Below, one piece after another: positions 9,026 through 18,567 of a stretch of 64,000 bases of DNA. Position numbers and translations under genes: made by a program. Every line of letters starts with the position of its first letter. The stretch's first letter is position 1. Location of the stretch: IMG/VR virus record IMGVR_UViG_3300014204_000146, positions 1 to 64,000 of that record, one strand, 5' to 3'. The notes under the pieces were generated by a model. That model did not search any database. It was given only the letters and a program-made list of their open reading frames with translations, and was not told where the DNA came from. Source of the stretch: a virus (taxonomy: Duplodnaviria > Caudoviricetes).

Positions 9026-9120
9026 ATTAAAACTGTAGACTAAATCTGTTAGTCTATTTTGCCGGAGAGTAGGAGCAGAAAAACTCTCCGATTTGCTCAT
9101 GACGGAATGAGGGGGAAATT

Positions 9121-9369
9121 ATGTCAAGGATAAATAAAATGAAAAAGAAAAGTCCTTATATAGAAACAGAAGCAACCTTAATGCAGAAATTGGTAGAAGC
9201 AGTTAATTTGTTTCGACAGTTAGAATTAACACATCCCTCTCAAGAAGAAAAGTTTATTAATGGAATACATGAATGTCAGGATATTTTAATGCACCGAATT
9301 GTACAACGGGATTATCCAGAAGAATTTCCTACTTTTAAAAAAATAGATAATAAATGGATAAAACAGTGA
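9121..9369 (+). CDS. Hypothetical protein
   Basis: SD GAGGGGG; IHxCQ motif. Confidence 0.6.
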   Translation: MSRINKMKKKSPYIETEATLMQKLVEAVNLFRQLELTHPSQEEKFINGIHECQDILMHRIVQRDYPEEFPTFKKIDNKWIKQ

Positions 9370-9722
9370 GAACAAAAAAACAAAAAGGCAATGACCTTGA
9401 AAATTTAGTTATAGAGTACCTACGCCAAATAGATTCCTCTGTTAAAAGAAGCAGAGCCAGTGGGGCTTCTAATGATATTGGGGATATAGTATGCAAAGAT
9501 TTTTTTGTGGAGGCAAAAAATTGGAATAAAGAGAATGTAATTATAGACCAAAAAATATGGCAACACTTACTTAATCAAATGCCGATAAATAGTACAAAGA
9601 CCGCGCTTTTAATACAAAAGAGTAATAATGGTAGAATATTTGTAAGTTTAGAGATTAAAGATTTTTTTAATTTGCTTTATAAATTACAGGAATTGGAAAC
9701 TATAGTAGACAAGGTGTATTGA
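9354..9722 (+). CDS. Hjc-like PD-(D/E)xK Holliday junction resolvase, paralog 1
   Basis: KGNDLE...SGA...GDI...VEAKNW. Confidence 0.75.
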   Translation: MDKTVRTKKQKGNDLENLVIEYLRQIDSSVKRSRASGASNDIGDIVCKDFFVEAKNWNKENVIIDQKIWQHLLNQMPINSTKTALLIQKSNNGRIFVSLEIKDFFNLLYKLQELETIVDKVY

Positions 9723-9840
9723 AATAACGGCAGAGAATTGTGCCCACGACACTTTCCTCCCGCTCATCGTCGAAAAAGAGAGGGAGATTGAGAAGCTGAA
9801 ATCTCTGCTTAATGATATCGGATATAACGAAACTGAACAA

Positions 9841-10257
9841 ATGATAGCCAGAGAAAAAGGGCTTGTTTCTCTGTGGGATTACATGAGCAAAAGAATCAAA
9901 GACCTCGAATCCCAGCTCGTCGAAAAAAAGAAGGAGATTGAGGATTTAAAAAATAGACTTAAAGAATTAAATGACTTAAAACCTACGGGAATACCAACTG
10001 CTTTATGTCCTAAATGTGGTTATTATTCTTTTAAAGTTTTTAAGAATGACAAAAACAATGAACATCAATGCTGTAGATGCCAGCTTATATTCGAATCCCA
10101 ACTCTCCAACAAGATGACGCGGGAGAGGGTGGTGGAGATTATAAATTTACATGCCAAAAGTATTTATGTGGGAGCGTTACAAGAAACCTATTTAATGATA
10201 GAAAACAACGGGAAACTCGCCGACGCACTCATGGCGGAATGGGAGGAGGAAAAATGA
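9841..10257 (+). CDS. Coiled-coil plus Zn-ribbon protein
   Basis: Heptads followed by CPKC...CCRC. Confidence 0.55.
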   Translation: MIAREKGLVSLWDYMSKRIKDLESQLVEKKKEIEDLKNRLKELNDLKPTGIPTALCPKCGYYSFKVFKNDKNNEHQCCRCQLIFESQLSNKMTRERVVEIINLHAKSIYVGALQETYLMIENNGKLADALMAEWEEEK

Positions 10258-10314
10258 ATGATACCTTACAGGAAACAGTCATTAAGGCACAGCAATTTTA
10301 TACAGGAGGATTAT

Positions 10315-10926
10315 ATGAAAAAAATAGAAGAATTGGTTAAGCAATATAAAAAAACAAAAGATAGAAAGATTTCCAATCAAGTATTCGTTTTGTTGGATAA
10401 AATTTTGAGAGACAAGGCACATTATGTATACACTAAAAAAAATTTTTCAAAAAATAATAGCTGCGGAAGAGGAATTCTTACGTTAAAAATGTTGAACAGA
10501 TTCGACGAGGATGATGTTCTTCAAGAATTGAGAATTGAAGTATTGCAACTGATAGAAAATTATGATACAAAAAAATCATTTGCAGGATATTTTTATTCTA
10601 CTTTATGGTCGTGGACTCCAAAAGAATTATTTCATGCTACAAGTCTTTTTAGTCGTATTTCCGAACGCTCTTTAGATGCTTCTGAAATAGAGGAGGACAA
10701 GGGTTGGCTCAAACAATTAGTGATACAGCCTGAGATATTTAATAAAATAGAAATCCGTGATGTTTTTGTCGGATTGACAGATGAAGAGAGGGCAGTCGTT
10801 GAAATTTATTTAGCTATTCCAGAAATTAAACAGGTGGAAGTAGCTGAAATGCTTGGGATTACGCATCAAATGGTTTCTTTGAGATTACAAACTATAAAAA
10901 CAAAAAAAATAAACTTGCAAAAATAG
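10315..10926 (+). CDS. Sigma70-family-like transcription factor
   Basis: Region-2-like DDVLQE..IEVL...YD...F and region-4 HTH LTDEER...EVAEMLGITHQMVS; SD GGAGG before ATG 10315. Confidence 0.8.
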   Translation: MKKIEELVKQYKKTKDRKISNQVFVLLDKILRDKAHYVYTKKNFSKNNSCGRGILTLKMLNRFDEDDVLQELRIEVLQLIENYDTKKSFAGYFYSTLWSWTPKELFHATSLFSRISERSLDASEIEEDKGWLKQLVIQPEIFNKIEIRDVFVGLTDEERAVVEIYLAIPEIKQVEVAEMLGITHQMVSLRLQTIKTKKINLQK

Positions 10927-10950
10927 CAATTTTCGGGCATACTTACTATG
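10915..10950 (+). promoter_or_regulatory. Putative phage promoter, copy 1
   Basis: TTGCAA-N17-CATACT; GGGCATACTTACTATG is identical to the copy at 48159-48174. Confidence 0.7.
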
Positions 10951-10968
10951 ATAGGCTAAAGAAAGGAC

Positions 10969-12057
10969 ATGATGATGCAGTTTAATAAGACCGAAGAAAA
11001 AATTTTAAAATCCTTTAAAGAAATAACCCACGAAGACGTAGAACGCCTGGCTGGTCAATTGGGGCGGTCTATAGATTCAGTAGAAAAGAAATTCCGTAGG
11101 TTGGGCGTTCCTTATATTAATACAAGGAATCCCGGCTCCTCAAAGTCAAAAGTAGACTTAGCTCCTATTATCATTTCAACTTTAAAATCGGAATTATCAA
11201 GTATAGCTCCTTATATTGCTACACCTATAAAAATAAAAATAGAAGGAGATACGTTGGTAATTCAACTCACAGATTTACATGCTGGAAAAAATGTTAAAGA
11301 CCAGTATGGAAAAACTATTTATGATGAATACATTTTTCGTTCAAGATTTGATATTTTAGCCGGACAGATATTAAAACTACTTGACAATAATATCAGCAAA
11401 GGTGTGAAGATTACAAATGTGGTGATTCTTTCTACCGGAGACAACGCCAACGGAGAAAATATCTATGCAACACAAGCCTACGAACAAGAACTCGCCCCTC
11501 CCAAACAGGTGATGTTAGTTGTTGAAGTTGTTTCCAAGCTCATCAAAGCACTTTTAGCCAGAAATTTACGTGTAGATTTTTATGGAGTAAAAGGAAATCA
11601 CGGTCGTACAGGTAAAGATACCGACCCCACCGCGAATTGGGACTTGATGATTTATTTGATTCTTGATTTCTGGGCGAGATTGGTGCTTAAAAATCCCAAT
11701 TTAAAAATTACATATGCGGAAACAGATTACCTCACGCTAAACATTCGCGGTCATAATTATATGATTCGCCATATTGCTCCTGAGCAGCCAGATACGCCTT
11801 CAGGACGGGTTAAAATAAACGAATGGGCGAGGATGTACAATGCTAAAGGAATTGTTTATGGACATTGGCATCATTTCGGAATATTTGATGTTGACGGCAT
11901 CCGTGTGTTCCGAGGCGGGTCTATTGTAGGAGGAGATTCTCTTTCTGAATCAATGGCGAAGCACAGCGAACCGATTCAGCTGGTCTGGGGTGTGAATGAA
12001 GACCGTGTACACACATTTGCCTATGCGGTAGATTTAAATCAAAAATCAAAAGATTAA
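10969..12057 (+). CDS. Calcineurin-like metallophosphoesterase with N-terminal HTH-like segment
   Basis: TDLHAG, TGDNANG, GNHG and GHWH motifs. Confidence 0.85.
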   Translation: MMMQFNKTEEKILKSFKEITHEDVERLAGQLGRSIDSVEKKFRRLGVPYINTRNPGSSKSKVDLAPIIISTLKSELSSIAPYIATPIKIKIEGDTLVIQLTDLHAGKNVKDQYGKTIYDEYIFRSRFDILAGQILKLLDNNISKGVKITNVVILSTGDNANGENIYATQAYEQELAPPKQVMLVVEVVSKLIKALLARNLRVDFYGVKGNHGRTGKDTDPTANWDLMIYLILDFWARLVLKNPNLKITYAETDYLTLNIRGHNYMIRHIAPEQPDTPSGRVKINEWARMYNAKGIVYGHWHHFGIFDVDGIRVFRGGSIVGGDSLSESMAKHSEPIQLVWGVNEDRVHTFAYAVDLNQKSKD

Positions 12058-12058
12058 T

Positions 12059-12271
12059 ATGTACGAACCCAAAAATATTGATTATGATGAAGTTTTTAAA
12101 CGCGCTGGATTGATACAAAAGAAAATCAAAGCCAAGAAAATTATAGACATTAGAATTGCTCGCAGAGGTTGTTTTATTGCTCGATTTTATATGAAAACAA
12201 TCATTGTTAATGGAATAGAAGTAGATGTGATGAATGAAGTAAAATTGCACGATAATTTAAAGGAGAAATAA
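12059..12271 (+). CDS. Hypothetical protein
   Basis: Operon packing. Confidence 0.5.
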   Translation: MYEPKNIDYDEVFKRAGLIQKKIKAKKIIDIRIARRGCFIARFYMKTIIVNGIEVDVMNEVKLHDNLKEK

Positions 12272-12272
12272 A

Positions 12273-12977
12273 ATGAACTTTGCAATTAAAGATATAGGAT
12301 TAATAGTTGAAGGTCTGATTATTGTTTTTGTTCTTATCAAGGCTCGTAGTTTTTTATTTAAGAAAGCAACAGAGAAAGTAATTCCCAATATTGTAAAAAC
12401 TTACGAGCAACAGACAGTTACAGAAAAAATCGGGCACGACCTATCTCCGATGAAATGGTTTACGAGTACAATTAAAACTATTAGCATTGTGATGGTTATT
12501 GCTGGAATTGTTTATGCTGTTGGTTATTTTAGAGGCAAGATAACGTTACCGATTCAGGTGGTAGGTGTAGGAGGATTGGTAGGAAAATTTATTCCGATTG
12601 ACCACGGATTTCTTACGTTTACCGATAAAGGAGAAGTGCATATTGTAGACGCAGATAAAAAAACTATATTAAAAGTTATTAAAGCCAAAGATTTGCCAGA
12701 ATTAAGAAAAGCAATGAAGCCTTTTGGATTGCAATTTGAGCCGATTGCTGTGTTAGGAGCTGGAATAGGAAAGTCAGGAACCGGGTTTGAGGGTGGTGTT
12801 GGTGTTAGCTGGCTTAAATATTTTAAATGGAATATGGATAGTTTTTTGACAAACAGAGCTGTATATCCGCTTGGCGTATCCTATAAAATAACTCCGAACT
12901 CAGGAGTTGGTCTTGGTGGAGGATTGGGATATAAAGGAGACCAGAGGGCTATTATCTATTATAAATTAAAATTTTAA
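12273..12977 (+). CDS. Membrane protein with Gly/aromatic-rich C-terminal beta region
   Basis: Two TM helices; C-terminal alternating strands ending YYKLKF. Confidence 0.65.
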   Translation: MNFAIKDIGLIVEGLIIVFVLIKARSFLFKKATEKVIPNIVKTYEQQTVTEKIGHDLSPMKWFTSTIKTISIVMVIAGIVYAVGYFRGKITLPIQVVGVGGLVGKFIPIDHGFLTFTDKGEVHIVDADKKTILKVIKAKDLPELRKAMKPFGLQFEPIAVLGAGIGKSGTGFEGGVGVSWLKYFKWNMDSFLTNRAVYPLGVSYKITPNSGVGLGGGLGYKGDQRAIIYYKLKF

Positions 12978-12991
12978 TAAAGGAGAAATAA

Positions 12992-13372
12992 ATGTTAAAA
13001 ATAGTAGAGATTAATACCGGGTTATTTAAATTTTTACGAGGAGAATTTAAGAACAAACGTCCTGTGGCGAAAAGAATAAAAATTTTGCTTGACGTTGGCA
13101 AGCGATATATTCAATTGACCATAGGAGAATATCGGGCGTTCTTGAATATTCTTTCCAATGCCGAATATCGCGAAAAGATAAAAAAGTATCGCCGAATGAC
13201 TGAATTAAAAAACGAACTTCAGAAATGTATTAATCTAATGGGTGTAATCGATAAACGCATGATTGAAATGGGTGCGAATAGGTTCTATAGGAAACAATTC
13301 TGGCGGGATTTTGTTAAGAACGGAACTGTAAGAAAAGATTTCTTTGATGAACTTCTTAAACAGATAAGATAG
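12992..13372 (+). CDS. Hypothetical protein
   Basis: SD AAGGAG. Confidence 0.6.
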   Translation: MLKIVEINTGLFKFLRGEFKNKRPVAKRIKILLDVGKRYIQLTIGEYRAFLNILSNAEYREKIKKYRRMTELKNELQKCINLMGVIDKRMIEMGANRFYRKQFWRDFVKNGTVRKDFFDELLKQIR

Positions 13373-13666
13373 CCATGATAAAACGCAGAATTGAATATGA
13401 TGTTTATAAACAAGAATTTTATCTCGAAGAGCAAAATACTGAAACTAAAGAAGGAGTCTTATTTGTTATTACAAAAAAACAAGTAGAGATATTGTTAAAA
13501 AAATATTTTAGTATTTTTGGAACATTTGTAAAATGAAAGACAAATTCGAATCATACTTAAAGATTTATCGAACATGGAGTATCAATCCGAAGACCAGGAT
13601 AAAGAAAAGTAAGAAGATTTATAACAGAGCAAAACACAAACAAGAAATATTGAAAGAAGGATAAAA

Positions 13667-14050
13667 ATGCCATATATTAATTCTAAAGACGGGCGCAGAG
13701 AAGCGCTACAAAAAGGAGATATAGCTCGGACTGCCGGAGAGCTGAATTACCAGATTTATCAATATACTATCAATGTTAAAACTTTCCCCTGTGAATACCA
13801 TCGAGGCTTCCGGGTTCAGTCTGTGCATATATGGGAAAAAAATGTTATTGGGTTGGTTTCTCGATTTTTATGTTTTTCTCCTAATTATCAAAAATACAAT
13901 GATATGACTGGAGCTTTAATCCGCTGCCAAAAAGAGCTTTATCGTAGGAGAAAAATAATTGTTAATTTAGAAAAAATATCGAATCTGTGGGACGAAGAAA
14001 TAGCACAATATGAGGATATAAAAATAATCGAAAATGGAGATGTCGAATAA
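13667..14050 (+). CDS. Conserved phage protein (DUF6899-like)
   Basis: MPYI...GELNY...YN...G.L..C.KE.YRR...YED.KI.ENGDV pattern. Confidence 0.6.
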   Translation: MPYINSKDGRREALQKGDIARTAGELNYQIYQYTINVKTFPCEYHRGFRVQSVHIWEKNVIGLVSRFLCFSPNYQKYNDMTGALIRCQKELYRRRKIIVNLEKISNLWDEEIAQYEDIKIIENGDVE

Positions 14051-14393
14051 AATGGAAAAAGTAGTCGAACGCTGTACAATAAAACAAGCCATAGCTCATT
14101 CGCTTTATAAAGTGTACAAAATGCATCCTGATAAGAATGAAGAAGAGTTGTTTGTGCAGTTTTATTATGATATGCAAAAGAAAAAGGAGAGCCCATGAAA
14201 AAATATGTATGCGACCAATGTGGTAAAGATGTTGAGATTGAAGTAAGAGATTTTTCTATTCCTGCTCCTATTACAATGGAAGATAAACATTTTTGTGATT
14301 GGGCTTGTGTTTTAAAGTATGCAGCACATGAAGTAGCAAAGAAAAGAAATAGTGATAAAATTATTGGAAGATAAAACGACAATTTGAGAAAAA

Positions 14394-14642
14394 ATGAAAA
14401 AAATGTTGATTGTATTTATCACCGGGTTGGTCGAACAGACCTTGTACACTCTTTATATTTTGTCTGTAGGGCGGTATATGATACTTGCATCGACTGTGTT
14501 AATGATGACATATATGACCACATATTTATTGCTGATGAATTATGCGTTAAAGGACAATAAGGCGGTTAAACTTTTAATCACCTATGCAATTGCCTGTGGA
14601 GTGGGTAACTACTGCGCAATGGCTCTTAAAATAATTAAATAA
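14394..14642 (+). CDS. Small 3-TM membrane protein
   Basis: Hydrophobic throughout; YAIACGVGNY motif. Confidence 0.6.
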   Translation: MKKMLIVFITGLVEQTLYTLYILSVGRYMILASTVLMMTYMTTYLLLMNYALKDNKAVKLLITYAIACGVGNYCAMALKIIK

Positions 14643-14656
14643 TTTCAGAAAATAAT

Positions 14657-15400
14657 ATGAGAACAATCCGCTCCTACAATAAATTGGTTAATGAAATTAT
14701 CAATTTACAAATTCCTTTTCGTATTGAAATTGTAGGATATGTGAAGTATGATATTATTTATACTATGCTTGTTATTCGCCATGTCTCAAAAACGGCTAAA
14801 AAGAATGTTGTAATTAGTTCTGGTATTCATGGAGACGAATATTTTGCCGTTCATGTTCTTTTAAAATGGCTTCAACAATTTAATCCTGAAATACTTAAAG
14901 ATTTCAATTTTACTATATTTCCAATCTGTAATCCTTTTGGTTTTGCAAAATCAAGTCGCAAGAACGGCGCTCGTCAGATGGTAAATAATTCCAGTAAATT
15001 TTGTAAGGATTCTCCGGTACAAGAATTGGCAATTCTATATGACAATATGCCATCAAGCCCAGACCTTTATCTCGACATACATGGCGATACGGGCAAACAA
15101 GGTGTGTACGCATATGAAAGGACTCCTGACGGAAATAAGTCGATTGTAGCCCCTGCGCTGCTTGAAAATGACCTACTTTTGCCCTATGAGAAGGTAGGAA
15201 CCATCTATAAATGTAAAGTAACTGATGGGGTGATTATTACTCCGGCTGAAGACGTGGGATTAGAAGGAGTATTGGAGAGTGTAGGAGCCACATATACGAT
15301 AGCAATTGAGCTTCCAGGAAAATGTGATGGACAGAAGAGGATGCAGGGCGGTATTGCAATTATTAATTCTATTTTAAAAAATTTGCAGGGAATAAAATGA
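14657..15400 (+). CDS. M14-family zinc carboxypeptidase / succinylglutamate desuccinylase-like hydrolase
   Basis: GIHGDE, NPFG, RKN, DIHGD and terminal E motifs. Confidence 0.85.
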   Translation: MRTIRSYNKLVNEIINLQIPFRIEIVGYVKYDIIYTMLVIRHVSKTAKKNVVISSGIHGDEYFAVHVLLKWLQQFNPEILKDFNFTIFPICNPFGFAKSSRKNGARQMVNNSSKFCKDSPVQELAILYDNMPSSPDLYLDIHGDTGKQGVYAYERTPDGNKSIVAPALLENDLLLPYEKVGTIYKCKVTDGVIITPAEDVGLEGVLESVGATYTIAIELPGKCDGQKRMQGGIAIINSILKNLQGIK

Positions 15401-15534
15401 ACTATAAAAAAATAGCACAAAATATTGTTGGAGAGTGGGGTATGAAGAACCTTATTGGTGGAAGCCAATTGAAAAAGCTTTAAAAGAAGCTTATAATCGA
15501 GGTAAAGTTGATGGTTTAAAGATAAGGAGGAAAT

Positions 15535-16257
15535 ATGAAATCTAAATTTAAAGTAGGCGATAAAGTAAAATGTATAAATATAAAAAACATGTGTTATGAT
15601 AAGAGGAGTTGGAGTGATAGTATTAGTCTCTATATTGGACAAATTTTAATTATACAAACAATAACATCAAAAGGATTAATGTTTGAAGGAGGTTATGGAC
15701 AATGGACGGGGGTAGAATATAGACCTTCAGCATTTAAACTTGTTAAATCAACAGCAATAAAAAAAGAAATCCCCAAGAAAAAATTAATAAAACCAGACCC
15801 ATTAAAAGCAGCATGTTTTAAATGTGCTCATGAGCATGAATTGAGAATGACCAATAGTTTTTCTCCTTGTTGGAATTGCAAACCATTTTCTAAGAATCCT
15901 TCTGGATTTAGAGATAAGAAACTTCCTCCTATTCCAGACATCGAACAGGTAGGGATTTATCGAGCGGGATTGACTGGAGAAGAAATAAAGAAATATATTA
16001 CTGATTTTTATTTTTCCATGACAGACGCACAAAAAGAAAAGTTTTTAGGTTTTGGATTGAAGAAAGAAAACTACAATATTAGTCCAGATATTTTATATGT
16101 GAAGTTCTGTAATGTTTCTGGAGTGAACACACAAGGAGTTATTACTATTCAGTGTGAAGAATGTAAATGTTCTAAAATGGTGTCATTGATGTATCGTCAT
16201 GATGTTGAGCGATACACAAAGAAAATGTTTTTTAGAACTCAGACTTGTTTCGATTAA
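15535..16257 (+). CDS. Multi-domain hypothetical protein (KOW/SH3-like N-terminus, Cys clusters)
   Basis: SD AAGGAGG; KFKVGDKVKC; CxxC pairs; LMYRHDVER. Confidence 0.6.
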   Translation: MKSKFKVGDKVKCINIKNMCYDKRSWSDSISLYIGQILIIQTITSKGLMFEGGYGQWTGVEYRPSAFKLVKSTAIKKEIPKKKLIKPDPLKAACFKCAHEHELRMTNSFSPCWNCKPFSKNPSGFRDKKLPPIPDIEQVGIYRAGLTGEEIKKYITDFYFSMTDAQKEKFLGFGLKKENYNISPDILYVKFCNVSGVNTQGVITIQCEECKCSKMVSLMYRHDVERYTKKMFFRTQTCFD

Positions 16258-16816
16258 TATGACGATAATAATTCCAAGTTGGATAGGTTGGGTATTTGCA
16301 ATATGGGGAATTTTACAGATTATCGCACTTGTAGTAATTTTTATATTTATAAATTGGTGTGAACGAATGGGAGTTTAATATGTCATTTTTTAAAAAGAAG
16401 ATAAAATATTAACTTTTAATGCCTTTACGCATACAAAAATTTACTGTTGTGATTGTGAATATAATCATAATAGGTCTTGTTATCATTCTAACAATCTACA
16501 ATTAGACGAAAATTATGTTTATCGTCCGGTATATATTATTAAAGACAGTCAAGAAAAACTAAATAAGAAAAACAAATGTAATTTATTTCTTCAACGCAAG
16601 GAGTATTGTAATGAAAAGAAAACTAACTTGGGATGAAGTAAATTATATAATTAAGTTTGAAGATGCTTGTGGTGTATGTAATCTTTTACAATACCTATTC
16701 GCAGGTCGGCACAAAGCAATTTTAGGCATGAATGTAGATGTTCTTGCTGAAGTTGAAGAAAAAGACGGAAATCCATAATTGGAGAATATGAAGTTGTTGA
16801 TTTGGAGGAGAAACAA

Positions 16817-17047
16817 ATGAAAAAAATAATAATTATCATATCTATTTTTATTATCGTTGCAGTATTGATTCAGACCATGTGCTTGGCAATTGTTAATGAC
16901 GCACAGCAAAAATCAATCATCACGTTAAATCGTTGTATCGCTCATCAAATCAATATTAACGAATATTTCTTAGGAGAAGTTCTTACTTTAAAAAATGATG
17001 TTGCAAATTTAAAAGCATTAGTATGGTTGGAGAGGACTGAACTGTGA
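16817..17047 (+). CDS. Signal-anchored coiled-coil small protein
   Basis: SD GGAGG; MKK plus hydrophobic helix. Confidence 0.6.
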   Translation: MKKIIIIISIFIIVAVLIQTMCLAIVNDAQQKSIITLNRCIAHQININEYFLGEVLTLKNDVANLKALVWLERTEL

Positions 17048-17247
17048 GAGACCAAAAACGCATCAAAAGAATTCTTAAACTGCTGGAACAGATTTGGACA
17101 AAATATCCAGACCTTCGCCTCGGACAGCTTATTGACAATGCTGTAGTTATGTTTTCGGAAAAAATAATAGATATATACGAGTTAGAAGACAGTCAGTTAG
17201 AAGGATTTTTATTAATGTATTTAAAGAAGGTGGAAAATGAGCGATAA
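17044..17247 (+). CDS. DUF1040/YihD-like protein
   Basis: MRDxKRI..IL..L..IW..YPDLRLGQLI. Confidence 0.75.
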   Translation: MRDQKRIKRILKLLEQIWTKYPDLRLGQLIDNAVVMFSEKIIDIYELEDSQLEGFLLMYLKKVENER

Positions 17248-17857
17248 AAGAATAAAACATATGGTGTATTTTGCCGGATTCATAGAAGCTTCTCCCGGAC
17301 AGTCTGGTACATGGAGAGATATTTCTTATAAAGAACTTCAACACCAAGACCTTCTCATTTATTGTCCAGTTAGACAAGAAGCAATAAAAACAGGGAAAAA
17401 TGCCATAGACAATTGTGAGCAAATAAAACATTATAAACAAGGCGGTGCTTTTGATAAATTTTTCGACATTATGTGGAATATTTGGGCTGGGGTTATAGAA
17501 TACAAGCCGGGAATGGATTTGATTTCTCTATTTGTGGCTATGCGTATGAGAAAATATTTAGATGGAAATAGAGAGCGAGACCTGGCATTTATGGGGGATT
17601 GGGAGAGTGTTATTCGCTCAGATTTTGTTTTAGCATATCTGCCAAAAAATATTTTAACTGTAGGAACTCATTGGGAATTATTTTTATGTGTATTATTCAG
17701 AATCCCGGTTTATCTTGTGCTGCCGGATACTTCTCGAACTGATGCCAACTCCACAATGATATTCGGTAATATGTTAGCTTGTCAGGGAAAGGTGAATATA
17801 TTTTATTCTTTGCCGGAAGCTTTAACGGCAGTTAAGAAAGATTATAACTTAAATTAA
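17237..17857 (+). CDS. Nucleoside 2-deoxyribosyltransferase / NMP N-glycosidase-like protein
   Basis: VYFAG, D...V..SD.V.A, GT.WE motifs. Confidence 0.7.
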   Translation: MSDKRIKHMVYFAGFIEASPGQSGTWRDISYKELQHQDLLIYCPVRQEAIKTGKNAIDNCEQIKHYKQGGAFDKFFDIMWNIWAGVIEYKPGMDLISLFVAMRMRKYLDGNRERDLAFMGDWESVIRSDFVLAYLPKNILTVGTHWELFLCVLFRIPVYLVLPDTSRTDANSTMIFGNMLACQGKVNIFYSLPEALTAVKKDYNLN

Positions 17858-18008
17858 GAATGAGTTCGTCTGCTGCAAAGGGTCAGACGAGTCGTCAAGC
17901 GTACGTTCTGAGTGGTTGTTGTGCGAAAATCAACAGTCATGTTGAAGAACGAGACTTGGGTGGCGAACAAAAACAACGAGGCGTCCAACAGCAACGCCTA
18001 CATTCTTA
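17855..18008 (+). ncRNA. Candidate structured intergenic RNA
   Basis: Closing helix TAAGAATG/CATTCTTA; nested helices TCGTCTG/CAGACGA, CGTTCT/AGAACG, TGGTTGTTG/CAACAGTCA and AGGCGT/ACGCCT; GC-richer than its flanks. Confidence 0.55.
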
Positions 18009-18332
18009 TTAATCAACAAAGGAGGAACGTATGAAATTTTGTGTGAAGTGTCAAAAGACGGTTCCTACTCAGGCAGAAAAAATAGGTCTGAACAAAGACA
18101 AGATAAAAGAAGTTATTCACATTCATTGTATGTACTGCGGTCGTGTTATAGAAACAATTCAAAGAGATGTTAAGCCGGAGATAAATAATGATAATATTTG
18201 TTAGTGATTTGGCAAAATTGGCAGACGAAGAGAAAGTCAATATTAAAGAATTACTTTGCTGCTGTATGGCTCAGTATGATTTAGAATGGATGTGTTATAA
18301 CGGAAAGCATGTCTTGTGCGGATGGGATAAAG

Positions 18333-18566
18333 ATGAATAAATTAACCAAAGACCAGCAGTTGAATCTGATTGAAGGAATTTGTCTTCTTTATCAAGACGG
18401 AGTTCCGAGCAAAGAACGCGCCGAAAAGTTTATTGAGAGCATTTATAAAATTGCTCATTTGAATGGTACATGTGAAAATAAACACGAAGATTGGCATAAA
18501 GAAGGACTGGCATTAGGAGAAGCGTTAAACGGATATATTGATTTTAATAAAATAAGGAGAGAATAA
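18333..18566 (+). CDS. Hypothetical protein
   Basis: YxIAH...C...HEDW phage motif; packing. Confidence 0.55.
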   Translation: MNKLTKDQQLNLIEGICLLYQDGVPSKERAEKFIESIYKIAHLNGTCENKHEDWHKEGLALGEALNGYIDFNKIRRE

Positions 18567-18567
18567 A

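Noticed and set aside
13533-13664. Duplicated integrase N-terminus (MKDKFESYLKI versus MRDKLKSFEEYLKI)
   Set aside because: The similarity is limited to about 10 low-complexity residues; the rest is an unrelated small basic peptide.
16380-16633. Programmed -1 frameshift joining a short ATG ORF to a Cys-rich frame
   Set aside because: Slippage at the T/A run lands on TAA and there is no proper X XXY YYZ site; more likely an indel or pseudogene.
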